DNA of 64,000 nt from a bacterium BMS3Bbin05 (GCA_002897855.1 BDTO01000057.1:39220-103219), one strand, 5' to 3'; shown: positions 19,756 through 29,224, numbered from the stretch's first letter. Numbers and translations are program-made. Notes: a model not told the origin generated them from the sequence alone.

Positions 19756-20673
19756 TTAGGTAAATAAACTGTAGAGAGCAACTCCGATAAGGCCGGCGTC
19801 CTCGTATATCTCTGAACGGAATACCGTATCTTTATCGAATAACCCGGGCATGGCTCTTTTATCTGCTTCTCTTATAGCCTCTTCCACATAAATATTCCAT
19901 GCATTTGAAAGACCGCCTGCGAGAATAAATGCCGATGGATAAAAAATGTTGGCCAGATTTGCGATTGCTATCCCCAGGTATTTGCCGGCGGTTTTCAGGA
20001 TATCCCTGGCCAGCATATCTCCATTCATGGCATGTTTATATATAAGTTCAGGTGTGATTTTATAAATATTGCCTTCACAGCAGAGGCCGAGAGAACTTTT
20101 TGTTCCGTTCTCGATCGCAGAGGTCGCCATATTTATAAGGGCTTTTGCCGCCGCATATTCTTCGAGGCACCCGTGGTTCCCGCAATCACACTCTCTTCCT
20201 TCAGGCACGATCGTCATGTGCCCGATCTCCGCCGGTACATCCATCAATTCATGCCTGAAGATTATCCCCCCGCCGATGCCCGTGCCGAGTGTTAAAAGTA
20301 TAAATGATTCAAGGTCTTTACCTTTGCCGGCAGATTTTTCACCGAGCGCTGCAGCATTGGCGTCATTAAGCATATACGTGGGCAAAGAGTATTTTCTGCC
20401 GATAATATCTGCAAGATTCAGATCTTCGGCCGACGGAAGATTCGGCGAGATTACAACGCTGCCCTTTCCTTTGTCGATAATTCCGGCGATGGCTATTCCG
20501 ATACCGGCCGTCTTATCGTTGATCAGTCTATCAACAAGGCTGGTAACATTTGTAAGGATGTTCCCCTGTGACGGAACCCGGATTCTGTTCAGAATTTTAC
20601 CTTTTTCAGAGACGAGGGCAACCCTCAGGTTCGTACCGCCGATATCTATGCCGATTGCATTATTCGTTGCCAT
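19756..20673 (-). CDS. ROK family sugar kinase (glucokinase-like)
   Basis: IGIDIGGTN and the zinc motif CDCGNHGCLE are present. The start was moved to MATNNAIGIDIGG, whereas the ORF track extends to a TTG at 20715. Confidence 0.85.
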   Translation of the reverse strand: MATNNAIGIDIGGTNLRVALVSEKGKILNRIRVPSQGNILTNVTSLVDRLINDKTAGIGIAIAGIIDKGKGSVVISPNLPSAEDLNLADIIGRKYSLPTYMLNDANAAALGEKSAGKGKDLESFILLTLGTGIGGGIIFRHELMDVPAEIGHMTIVPEGRECDCGNHGCLEEYAAAKALINMATSAIENGTKSSLGLCCEGNIYKITPELIYKHAMNGDMLARDILKTAGKYLGIAIANLANIFYPSAFILAGGLSNAWNIYVEEAIREADKRAMPGLFDKDTVFRSEIYEDAGLIGVALYSLFT

Positions 20674-20845
20674 ATGGAGAAGTGCGCATATCCAAAGTCT
20701 TGAATAGTAACACAAAGGTATGGTTTTAATAAAGTTTTTTTGTTAAAGACGGGTTGCTTCATGAGTACATGGTTTGTTACCGTAAACGTTCCGAAGTGAG
20801 AGTGTAACTTTACTTTTGGGCACTGCTTTATGTATCTTTTCACTA

Positions 20846-21493
20846 ATGATTGATTTGCATACACATACAATATTCAGTGATGGAGAGCTTGTGCCTTCAG
20901 AACTTGCAAGAAGGGCTCTCGTTAATGGCTACCGGGCAATAGCGCTGACGGACCACATGGATGAATCAAATATTGATTTTATAATCCCCAGACTTGTGCG
21001 TGTTGCGAAAAAGCTCAACGAAGCCCTGCCATTAACGGTTATCCCCGGCGCGGAATTAACACATGTACCACCGGAACATATCCGGGATCTTGTAAAAGAG
21101 GCTCGGGAACTGGGGGCAAAAATTGTTGTGGTACATGGCGAAACGATCGTTGAACCTGTCGAAAAAGGGACGAATATGGCTGCGATAGAAGCAGGGGCTG
21201 ATATCATCGCTCATCCCGGACTTATAAAACCCGAAGAATTGCAGGCCGCAAAAGAGAAAGGTGTCTGCATGGAGATAACTTCAAGGAAAGGCCACAGCCT
21301 GTCAAACGGTTATGTTGCCCGTAAGGCGGTGGAGACGGGAGTCCGTCTCGTAATCAATACAGATTGCCACGGCCCGTCCGACCTTATAACGAGGGCATTT
21401 GCTGAAACTGTCCTGCTTTCTGCAGGAATAGATAATAACCTTATAAATGCCGTGTTTGCCAGTTCTGAAGAGCTTGTCAGAAACGTTATGTAA
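20846..21493 (+). CDS. PHP-domain metal-dependent phosphoesterase (histidinol-phosphatase-like)
   Basis: MIDLHTHTIFSDGEL...ALTDH...VHGE. The start was taken at the internal ATG that begins the PHP motif. Confidence 0.8.
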   Translation: MIDLHTHTIFSDGELVPSELARRALVNGYRAIALTDHMDESNIDFIIPRLVRVAKKLNEALPLTVIPGAELTHVPPEHIRDLVKEARELGAKIVVVHGETIVEPVEKGTNMAAIEAGADIIAHPGLIKPEELQAAKEKGVCMEITSRKGHSLSNGYVARKAVETGVRLVINTDCHGPSDLITRAFAETVLLSAGIDNNLINAVFASSEELVRNVM

Positions 21494-21523
21494 GTTTAAT
21501 TAACATCGATTGGGGGAGACAGG

Positions 21524-22261
21524 ATGCCGAAGCCGATAAAGAAGCGTATTGTAAAAAAAACCAGGACGGAAGAAGAAGTCAAAAATATATATGAGCATTT
21601 AAAGTCTATCTATGTGGATAATGCAAAAAATGTTCAGATAATCATTCTCGTATTGATTGTTCTGGTTTTTTCTGCAATCGGTTTATGGTTCTATCTCAAT
21701 AAGGCATCTGCCAGAACTGCAGAGTTGCAATATAAAGCGTATAAGGCTTATGAGGCCGCAAGGTCAGGGAACGACAGGGATCTGCTTAAAGAAGCACTCA
21801 TAAAGTTGAAGAATGTAAACAAACATAAGGAGTCATCGCTGTATCTTTATTATGAAGCCGATGTCCTTCAGACATTGGGGAATACTGATGATGCAATAAA
21901 GGTTCTGAATTCACTCGTAGACAAATTCTCTTCCGATATCTATATTCTGCCGTTGAGTTACAGCAAGCTGGGTATGCTATACATCGGTAAAGGGAATTAT
22001 GAAAAGGCGCTGAAGGTCTTCAGGGCCCTTGAAGATAGCAGCCTGCCGGTTTACAGGGATTTCGCAATTTATGAAGAGGCCTGGATATTCAAGAAACTGG
22101 GTAAAGATGAAGAGGCCATGAAATATAAGGTAAAACTGGTAACTCTCTTTCCCGGGTCTCCTTATGCAAGAGAGGTTCAGGCCGAATTGAAGGCCCTGCA
22201 GGAAAGAGAGGCGAAAAAACAGAAAGCCACAAACAGTTCGGGGAAGAAACCGCGGAAGTAA
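21524..22261 (+). CDS. Membrane-anchored tetratricopeptide-repeat protein
   Basis: One TM segment (IIILVLIVLVFSAIGLWFYL) is followed by TPR-like helices and a Lys-rich tail. Confidence 0.7.
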   Translation: MPKPIKKRIVKKTRTEEEVKNIYEHLKSIYVDNAKNVQIIILVLIVLVFSAIGLWFYLNKASARTAELQYKAYKAYEAARSGNDRDLLKEALIKLKNVNKHKESSLYLYYEADVLQTLGNTDDAIKVLNSLVDKFSSDIYILPLSYSKLGMLYIGKGNYEKALKVFRALEDSSLPVYRDFAIYEEAWIFKKLGKDEEAMKYKVKLVTLFPGSPYAREVQAELKALQEREAKKQKATNSSGKKPRK

Positions 22262-22279
22262 CTGTTTTACAGACGATGT

Positions 22280-22304
22280 TGCCGAAGGGGGGACTCGAAC
22301 CCCC
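22280..22304 (-). repeat. Duplicated 3' end of tRNA-Leu (25 nt: discriminator, acceptor 3' strand and T-arm)
   Basis: TGCCGAAGGGGGGACTCGAACCCCC is identical to 23531-23555 and in the same orientation. No intact tRNA can be folded here. Confidence 0.7.
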
Positions 22305-22392
22305 GGATAGTTAACCGGACTGTTTAAGAAAAGGTTTGAATGTACCTCTCAAGATTGTTTATACCGTTTGACCGTCCATGCCGGAATATCCA

Positions 22393-23364
22393 TTACTTTA
22401 TAAACTGTAAAGGGTCTTTATACCCATGGCATGTTGTACAAACCGATTTTGCTTCCTTTTTCGTTACTTTCCACGAATGTGGTTTATGACAATATATACA
22501 CGCAAGCCCCATGGTCTGGACATGGAGCCCGTGTTTTCCGGTAAGAATGATGTCCCGGTGACATGACAGACACTTTCCTGCCCCAGGCATAAGCTTTGTA
22601 TGCGGTTTATGACACTCGTAACAATGAAACTGCATAGGGGCGCCAGCGGGCACATGTATCTTCGGCGCCTTTTTGATCGTCTCTTTGCTTGGTCTGAAGA
22701 ATTGGACATCTAACGTGCCGCCTGCTATGAGTTCTTTTCTTATTTGTTCGTTACCATGGCAGAAGAGGCACTTTTTCCTTCCGGGCAAGAGATTTACGGT
22801 GCGGTCGGTATGGCAGTTAAGACATGCAAAGCCTTTCATACCGTGAACCTTCTTACCCTTGTGACACCTGAGGCAGAATCTCGCGCCAGGCAAAAACTCA
22901 TGAAGTATATAACCATGACATTTGGAACACTCTATCCTTTCCATAAAATAATGCTTTGCGTGCATCCTTGAATTGTTTATCTTTTTGGCTTCCGGATACT
23001 TTTTGTTGTTCTCCCAATGGCACTTATAACAGAATTTCCAGGGCACTATTATCCTGCCATGCAATGGGGGTACGGTTTTGGGGCTGTGCAGGATAAAGGT
23101 TATAAGCAACCTGTTCTGCTCAGGAATACTCAGATGATGGCATGAATGGCAGTTAATCCCTTTGTGCTTGCTTTTTGACCATGCATTATATGCCGGCTGC
23201 ATTAAATGGCAGCTTATGCAGAATTTTGGATTATTCTGGGTAAAGTTATAAAATTTAAATGCAACAACACTGCCACCTATAATAACGACGAGCAGCAATA
23301 CTACGGTTATTATCTTCCCCTTCAGAGTCAGACCTTCTTTAACCCACTGCGGCTTCTTCAACAT
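22393..23364 (-). CDS. Membrane-anchored multihaem c-type cytochrome (11 CxxCH motifs, NapC/NirT/NrfH-like N-terminus)
   Basis: CxxCH motifs counted in the translation are CISCH, CHSCH, CYKCH, CSKCH, CLRCH, CLNCH, CLFCH, CYECH, CLSCH, CIYCH and CTTCH. An N-terminal TM helix is present, and the RBS is AAGGAG. Confidence 0.9.
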   Translation of the reverse strand: MLKKPQWVKEGLTLKGKIITVVLLLVVIIGGSVVAFKFYNFTQNNPKFCISCHLMQPAYNAWSKSKHKGINCHSCHHLSIPEQNRLLITFILHSPKTVPPLHGRIIVPWKFCYKCHWENNKKYPEAKKINNSRMHAKHYFMERIECSKCHGYILHEFLPGARFCLRCHKGKKVHGMKGFACLNCHTDRTVNLLPGRKKCLFCHGNEQIRKELIAGGTLDVQFFRPSKETIKKAPKIHVPAGAPMQFHCYECHKPHTKLMPGAGKCLSCHRDIILTGKHGLHVQTMGLACIYCHKPHSWKVTKKEAKSVCTTCHGYKDPLQFIK

Positions 23365-23527
23365 GCCCGTAGCTCCTTAATCACAATCATATGAACGCTT
23401 TACGCTCTATCGCAATCATCCTCTCGGGAGTTGCTGCATGGAACATGAGCTGAGTTTACTTTCAGAATATAGAGAACGATAATTGTTTGGCACAACTATT
23501 ATAATCAAAATCGCTAAATAATTTATC

Positions 23528-23614
23528 TGGTGCCGAAGGGGGGACTCGAACCCCCACAGAGTTGCCTCCACAAGGTCCTGAACCTTGCGTGTCTACCAAT
23601 TCCACCACTTCGGC
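23528..23614 (-). tRNA. tRNA-Leu (anticodon CAG), CCA encoded
   Basis: The reverse complement folds as follows. The acceptor stem is GCCGAAG/CTTCGGC. The anticodon arm is CAAGG-TTCAGGA-CCTTG. There is a long variable arm and a T-arm GGGGG-TTCGAGT-CCCCC. The 3' end is ACCA. Confidence 0.9.
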
Positions 23615-23723
23615 GCTGGTGTTTCACACTTACTGCAATGCTATATTATCCGCCACAGTCGTTTCTTGTCAACTTTTCAATGTCTGAGCCGATGAAAAGA
23701 TTATTCGATCAAAATGATTATTT

Positions 23724-23867
23724 AAAGCCTGTGTATAAAGTCAGTCTCTCTATCTGTCATTCCGGCAGTTCTTAAGCCGGAATCTATTCTTTTCTATAAG
23801 TTTAGGATGTCCCGAATGCTTTCGGGACATGACAAAAATAAAAAATGGCAATTTATGGACAGCCTCT
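23724..23867 (+). mobile_element. MITE family 1, copy F
   Basis: The TIRs are slightly diverged (AAAGCCTGTGTATAAA ... ATTTATGGACAGCCTCT). The copy is flanked by ATTT on both sides. Confidence 0.8.
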
Positions 23868-23986
23868 ATTTAGCATATCTACATATGTAATTAATAATGT
23901 GTCTCAATTTGAGAAAATCAATATAAATGGAATATGATAATTATCAGGATAGTATCAAGCGGAATGAATTTTGGCCGGGAGGAACG

Positions 23987-24328
23987 ATGAATTGTATTTT
24001 CTGCGACATCGCCGAAGAAAAGGTGCCTGCCGAAATAATCTATAGGGATGAACATGCGGTTGCGTTTGAGGATATAAACCCAAAGGCCCCTGTGCATGTC
24101 CTGGTGATACCGAGAAAGCACATATCTACAGTACTTGATATAAATGAAAATGAAAATCAACTTGTAGGTCATCTGTTTCAGGTCGCCAATGTGATAGCAA
24201 GAAAGAAAGGCATAGATGAGAAAGGCTTCAGGCTTGTATGCAACTGCAACCGGGATGCCGGGCAGACCGTTTTCCATATTCATCTCCATTTGCTCGGGGG
24301 CAGGCTGATGCACTGGCCCCCGGGATAG
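23987..24328 (+). CDS. HIT family protein (histidine triad nucleotide-binding)
   Basis: MNCIFCDI...PKAPVHVLVIPRKH...HIHLHLLGG. The start is set at the ATG preceded by GGGAGGA. Confidence 0.9.
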   Translation: MNCIFCDIAEEKVPAEIIYRDEHAVAFEDINPKAPVHVLVIPRKHISTVLDINENENQLVGHLFQVANVIARKKGIDEKGFRLVCNCNRDAGQTVFHIHLHLLGGRLMHWPPG

Positions 24329-24345
24329 GGAAAGGATGCTTTGTC

Positions 24346-24897
24346 TTGAGACCGAAGATCATAGAAAAACAGGTACTTTGGAAAGGGAGATATCTCCAGG
24401 GTCTGGTGTTAAGTTACAGGAATTCCCGTGGAGATATTATCAGATGGGAAGCATCCAGGAGGGTTGGTTGTAACGGTATAGTAGCGGTAGTGCCTTTTAC
24501 GTCTGACGGTTTTGTAATCCTCATAAAACAGTACCGTCCACCGGTCGATAAGTATGTTATTGAGTTTCCCGCCGGACTGAATGACAGGAATGAATCTCTT
24601 GAGGATGTTGCCAGAAGAGAGCTTATGGAAGAAACGGGTTATGAGGCAGGGGCGCTGAAGGTCATATGCGAAGGGCCTTTATCTCCGGGATCGTCGACCG
24701 AGGTCTTAACCGTTTACCTTGCAGACAAAGTGGTTTGCGCAGGTGAGCAGAGACTGGATTCCGTAGAAGAGATAGAACTCATGAAACTTCCAAAAGAGGG
24801 ATTTTGCGATAAGCTCTTTTCCCTTATGGATGAAAATACATATATTGACTTAAAAATCCCCGGCATTTTTGAGCTTGCAAAAAAATACGCTGCATAA
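24346..24897 (+). CDS. NUDIX hydrolase (ADP-ribose pyrophosphatase-like)
   Basis: The Nudix box is GLNDRNESLEDVARRELMEETGY. A TTG at 24346 after AAAGGA is proposed as the start, because the 5' extension in the ORF track overlaps the HIT gene. Confidence 0.8.
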   Translation: MRPKIIEKQVLWKGRYLQGLVLSYRNSRGDIIRWEASRRVGCNGIVAVVPFTSDGFVILIKQYRPPVDKYVIEFPAGLNDRNESLEDVARRELMEETGYEAGALKVICEGPLSPGSSTEVLTVYLADKVVCAGEQRLDSVEEIELMKLPKEGFCDKLFSLMDENTYIDLKIPGIFELAKKYAA

Positions 24898-25020
24898 AAA
24901 ATTACTTGCTTTTTTGATTAAAAAAAGGTTTAATAATTAAAATTTATAATTTATCTGTTTCAGTTAAAACAGTATGATATATAAATTATATAAAATTGAA
25001 TATTAACTTGTATATAGGGA

Positions 25021-25455
25021 ATGAAGAAAAAACGCAGAGCTGACTTCACAGATGAAGAAAAGAAGGGATTGCCGCTATATCCGATCGGTATAGTTGCCGA
25101 ACTCGTAGGGACCACCGACCAGACCCTGAGATTATATGAAAAGCACGGTTTGATAAAGCCTGCCAGGAGAAACAAGAACAGGTATTATTCAGAGAATGAC
25201 ATCAAGTGGCTCAGATGCATCAGGGACCTGATACATGACAAGAAAATCAGCATAGAAGGGATAAAGAAACTTCTGGAATATGCCCCGTGCTGGGAGATAA
25301 CTGTATGCAGTGAAGAACGCAAATCGCAATGTTCAGCTTTTATAGATAAGACCAAACCCTGCTGGGAACTTAACAGGATGATATGCAACAAGGAGAGTGG
25401 TAAGATTTGCGAAGACTGTGTTGTATATCTATCAAGAAAAATTAAAGCAAAATAA
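25021..25455 (+). CDS. MerR-family transcriptional regulator with a C-terminal Cys-rich domain
   Basis: The MerR HTH reads YPIGIVAELVGTTDQTLRLYEKHGLIKPARRNKNRYYSENDI. The tail has 7 Cys and two PCWE motifs. Confidence 0.8.
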   Translation: MKKKRRADFTDEEKKGLPLYPIGIVAELVGTTDQTLRLYEKHGLIKPARRNKNRYYSENDIKWLRCIRDLIHDKKISIEGIKKLLEYAPCWEITVCSEERKSQCSAFIDKTKPCWELNRMICNKESGKICEDCVVYLSRKIKAK

Positions 25456-25721
25456 TGGGTCTTCAGTAATTTGTCAAATTCCCCCTGCCCTCCCCTTTCT
25501 AAAGAGGGATAACAAAAAAATATTATCTAATTGGTCAAGACTCCCTGATACTTATCCACTCTTTTCCTTGATGAGCCTTTAAGATCAGCAGTCATTAGTG
25601 TATGGGGAAGATTTTCCGGACATGCATTGTCAGTCATTCCCGTCCAGGATACGATTCGGGAAAAAATTCAATAAAGAAAATTGTATTAAGAAAAAAAACA
25701 TTTTTCCTGATAAAATATTAC

Positions 25722-27902
25722 ATGGACCCGAAGAAGGAAAAACTCCCTCTTGATGCAAGGCTTCTTGGTGATGCACTTATTGAGCTGAACATATCACGCC
25801 GCAATGTTGCCATCTACCCCAAGGGTCATCCTTCAGTCGAGGCCTCTCTCAACAGGGCATATGGGTTACTGCAGAAACTATTTAAGCTGAGACCTGAGAT
25901 CACGCTATCCGTTGCAAAGGATACAATAATAATTGATGACTACTATCTGGATAAGAACAACCCGGTTTACAGGGAATTTGCGTTACAATTAAACGGACGG
26001 GGTATCGCATCTGTTTCCTTTCAAACCGGTCTATCCATTGATGAACTCTACAGATTTCATAAAATCCTGTCCGAAAAATCTGAATATCTTCCCAGGGATG
26101 TCCTCCTGAAAAGGCTCAGGGACGATAATTTCATTCATATCAGTATTGTCCTTATTGATTATGATTCGTTCTCTTTCAAGAAGGGAAAAGCTGAAGATAA
26201 ATCAGGGGAAAAACATCTATGGGAACGCTACATATATGGTCTCCTTGAAGGGACTCTTCAGACGGAAGAACTCTCTGATACATTAAATGATATACCTCCG
26301 GAGACCCTTGCAGCCCTGCTGAACGGGGTGTCCAGGGATGATTTCAGTGGAGAGTCATATGACCGTGTCATTACTTCATACATGAAGAGAACCTCGGAAA
26401 GGGTCTTTTCAGGCGGTGATCTGAAAAAACTGATGAACCTTATAAACTCTCTCCATCCGGAGCTGAAAAAGCAGTTTCTCTCATCTGCCGTTAAGAATAT
26501 CTCCAGAGACACTGTATCTGCAGAAAAAGCGCTGCGTGACACACCTGTTGAAAAGATTATTGAATTACTCTCCGTTATTAATGAGCAGAAGATTGCCGTT
26601 CCCGAAGCGCTGAAAAATCTTCTTGACAAGTTTTCACGTTTACGGGAAAGGGGCTTTGAGGATTTAAGAATAGGTAATAATCTGCTGGTCGATGATATGA
26701 TTTTATCTCCCGACGTTCTGAACCTCTTTAAAAAAGGATCTTTTGAGACTTATGTGACCGATGCCTATCAGGAACAGATCAAGAAGCTTCTCGATTTTGA
26801 TGCCTCAGAGTTTTCAAACAGGGATTTGAAGAATATAACGGAGGAGTGTATTGACGAGGTTGTTGACAGGGAATTTATACATGCTGTCCTTGAGATTATC
26901 TCTTCAGGTCTCATCGATGAGGGAGAGTTTGAATTTCTTACCAATATTCTTATAGAGGAAAGCAGCCGATTTCTTGAAACCGGACAGTACGGTGAAATAC
27001 TGAAAATTTTAGAAGTCATGGATACAGACCATCTTATCCGGAGGTTTCCCGATATAACCACTTCGTTTCTCAAGTTCGCCGGATCGGAAGAATTCATAAC
27101 CTCGATTATCAGCTCATTCAGGATCATCGGGAGGTTGATGAGAGATGAGGCTGTATCCCTCAGTGAATATTACGGTAAGGATATACTCCCATACATTGTG
27201 GACGCCCTGTGTGAAGAGGAATCACAGACGGTAAGGAGGTTCATGATAAGCCTGATTTTACATTTCAAGGAATTGGCCATACCGGAGGCCCTTAAGCATC
27301 TTGGCGACGATAGATGGTTTGTCAAGAGGAATATGCTCTACATCCTGACCGAATGCGGTAACGAGGAGGTCATACGGCATGCCAGGGCATACTGCAGGCA
27401 TGAAAACAGGAAAGTAGGACTTGAGGCCATCAAGTGTCTTCTCAAGCTGGGCAACGGTTATGCAGTTGACGTTATTAAAGAGTTCCTCCAATCAGACTCT
27501 GAAGATGTCTCCAATCAGGCAATCGTTCTGGCCGGTGCATTCCGCATAAAAGAGCTCGTGCCTGATTTATTAAGGATGCTCCGCAAAAAGGGAATAAGCG
27601 GTGCGGATTTTTATGGAAAGATACCCTTAATAAAGGCATTGGGGGAGATAGGGGACCCCTCGGCTGTCGATGCCCTGAATGATATCCTCTCTGCAAAAAG
27701 TATACTCTTCAAGGGGACGCTGGAGAAACTGAGAGAAGAGGTATATAAGAGTCTGAAGGGATATCCATATGATAAAGTGAAGAACTTGATTGATATGGGG
27801 ATAACATCCCGTAACGCAACTATCAGAACCATTTCACTGCAGCTCAATGAACTGTCCCGGGGGAAAAAACCAGACAGCGAAAGAGGAACAGACCATGACT
27901 GA
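25722..27902 (+). CDS. Large HEAT-repeat protein whose N-terminal domain is shared with the downstream HD-GYP protein
   Basis: The C-terminal third has HEAT/PBS-lyase-like repeats (ALKHLGDDRWFVKRNMLYIL, KALGEIGDPSAVDALNDIL). The start is set at MDPKKEK. No catalytic domain was recognised. Confidence 0.65.
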   Translation: MDPKKEKLPLDARLLGDALIELNISRRNVAIYPKGHPSVEASLNRAYGLLQKLFKLRPEITLSVAKDTIIIDDYYLDKNNPVYREFALQLNGRGIASVSFQTGLSIDELYRFHKILSEKSEYLPRDVLLKRLRDDNFIHISIVLIDYDSFSFKKGKAEDKSGEKHLWERYIYGLLEGTLQTEELSDTLNDIPPETLAALLNGVSRDDFSGESYDRVITSYMKRTSERVFSGGDLKKLMNLINSLHPELKKQFLSSAVKNISRDTVSAEKALRDTPVEKIIELLSVINEQKIAVPEALKNLLDKFSRLRERGFEDLRIGNNLLVDDMILSPDVLNLFKKGSFETYVTDAYQEQIKKLLDFDASEFSNRDLKNITEECIDEVVDREFIHAVLEIISSGLIDEGEFEFLTNILIEESSRFLETGQYGEILKILEVMDTDHLIRRFPDITTSFLKFAGSEEFITSIISSFRIIGRLMRDEAVSLSEYYGKDILPYIVDALCEEESQTVRRFMISLILHFKELAIPEALKHLGDDRWFVKRNMLYILTECGNEEVIRHARAYCRHENRKVGLEAIKCLLKLGNGYAVDVIKEFLQSDSEDVSNQAIVLAGAFRIKELVPDLLRMLRKKGISGADFYGKIPLIKALGEIGDPSAVDALNDILSAKSILFKGTLEKLREEVYKSLKGYPYDKVKNLIDMGITSRNATIRTISLQLNELSRGKKPDSERGTDHD

Positions 27903-29031
27903 ATATCCCAGCGGGAAGGTTGGCGCTTTATTTCATACATTGATGACCGCAATCTCAAACTGCTCGCTTTACTCAACAGAACATGCATCTGTTGAGGAGT
28001 ATCTGAAAAGATCCCTAACTATCATTAATGAAATGCTGGATACGCATGAGAGTATAGAAATAATGATTATAGAAGATGAAATCATAATTAACAAAAACCC
28101 GCTGAAAGAGACCGGAATTCATGAAAAGAATCTTATTAAACGTCTTAAAAGGAAAGGCATTTCAGGTATCGAATTCCTGAAGGGACTGACAATTGCAGAA
28201 CTAAAGCAGTTTATTGCGGATATCTCTGTTAAGAAAAGGGATATTAAGTCTTATCCCCATATTAAGACCGGTGTTATAGACGTCCGTCTCGGCGGGTTAA
28301 AGATAGACGACGGACTGTCTCTGGATACAGAAGGTCTTGCCGACCTGAGCACTCAACAGGTTGAAAAATTAAAGGAGGTCTATTCAGACATCTCTCCCTT
28401 CAGGAGACTCAACACCTCCGGACTTGAAGAGATTGTTGTCAACTTTATCCTCACATTCAGAAGAGAGGCAAACATACTCACCATCATCAGTCCCGTCAAG
28501 GCATACAGTGAATATACCTATACACATGCCACTAATGTAGCCGTGCTATCGATGTTCCAGGCTGAATCCCTTGGGATTACAGATGAACTCCTTCACGACA
28601 TCGGCATTTCGGCCCTCCTTCACGACGTGGGAAAGATGTTCATCTCAAAGGAAATACTCGAAAAGAAGGGCTCACTTGCGGATAAGGAGTGGGAAGAGAT
28701 GCAGAGGCATTCACTATACGGAGCAAGATATCTGTCAAAGATGGAGGACCTGCCCAGGCTTGCACCCGTTATAGCGCTTCAACACCACTACAGGTACGAC
28801 AGCAAAGGTTATCCTGCTTTACATATCAACGGGAAAAGGCAGCATATCCTCAGTCAGATCATAGCTGTCTCGGATTTCTTTGATGCCCTCAGAAGTATAA
28901 GGCCATATAAAAGGGAGTGGGAGGTTAAAGAGATTCTCTCCTTAATGAGAAAAAATGCCGACAGCGAGTTCAATCCCCTCCTGGTGGACAACTTTACAAG
29001 AATCATTCTTGCCGCACTTAAAGGTTCCTGA
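27895..29031 (+). CDS. HD-GYP domain protein (putative c-di-GMP phosphodiesterase)
   Basis: HATNVAVL...LLHDVGK...HHYRYDSKGYP...DFFDALRSIRPYK. The start ATGACTGA overlaps the upstream stop. Confidence 0.85.
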   Translation: MTEYPSGKVGALFHTLMTAISNCSLYSTEHASVEEYLKRSLTIINEMLDTHESIEIMIIEDEIIINKNPLKETGIHEKNLIKRLKRKGISGIEFLKGLTIAELKQFIADISVKKRDIKSYPHIKTGVIDVRLGGLKIDDGLSLDTEGLADLSTQQVEKLKEVYSDISPFRRLNTSGLEEIVVNFILTFRREANILTIISPVKAYSEYTYTHATNVAVLSMFQAESLGITDELLHDIGISALLHDVGKMFISKEILEKKGSLADKEWEEMQRHSLYGARYLSKMEDLPRLAPVIALQHHYRYDSKGYPALHINGKRQHILSQIIAVSDFFDALRSIRPYKREWEVKEILSLMRKNADSEFNPLLVDNFTRIILAALKGS

Positions 29032-29188
29032 TCCATCTTCAAAAATCTTTTCACTTCTTTGAGTGTATTAATATGAATTGCAAGCGTATCCCCCGTGGTC
29101 TTTCCACAGGGAAGATCAAAATTGCTCTTTTGCGATATTAAAAAATCAGCTATGGTGCTGAAAAGTTACCTGAGAACTTGTGATGATA

Positions 29189-29217
29189 TTGACATAAGAC
29201 GTATTTTAATATAAATT
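29189..29217 (+). promoter_or_regulatory. Candidate sigma-70 promoter (TTGACA-N17-TAAATT) directly before pilB
   Basis: The call is by pattern only. The -10 hexamer ends 7 nt before the pilB ATG, and no Shine-Dalgarno sequence is present. Confidence 0.3.
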
Positions 29218-29224
29218 ATAGATT

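Noticed and set aside
23488-23503. TGGCAC-N5-TTAT, a possible sigma-54 promoter near the tRNA
   Set aside because: The -24 half is perfect, but the -12 element lacks the GC. No plus-strand gene follows before the MITE and HIT gene about 500 nt away.
23530-23775. 81-aa ORF (MPKGGLEPPQSC...) on the plus strand
   Set aside because: It is the antisense reading of tRNA-Leu and then runs into a MITE copy. The same GGLEP peptide would be read from the tRNA fragment at 22280. It is an artefact.
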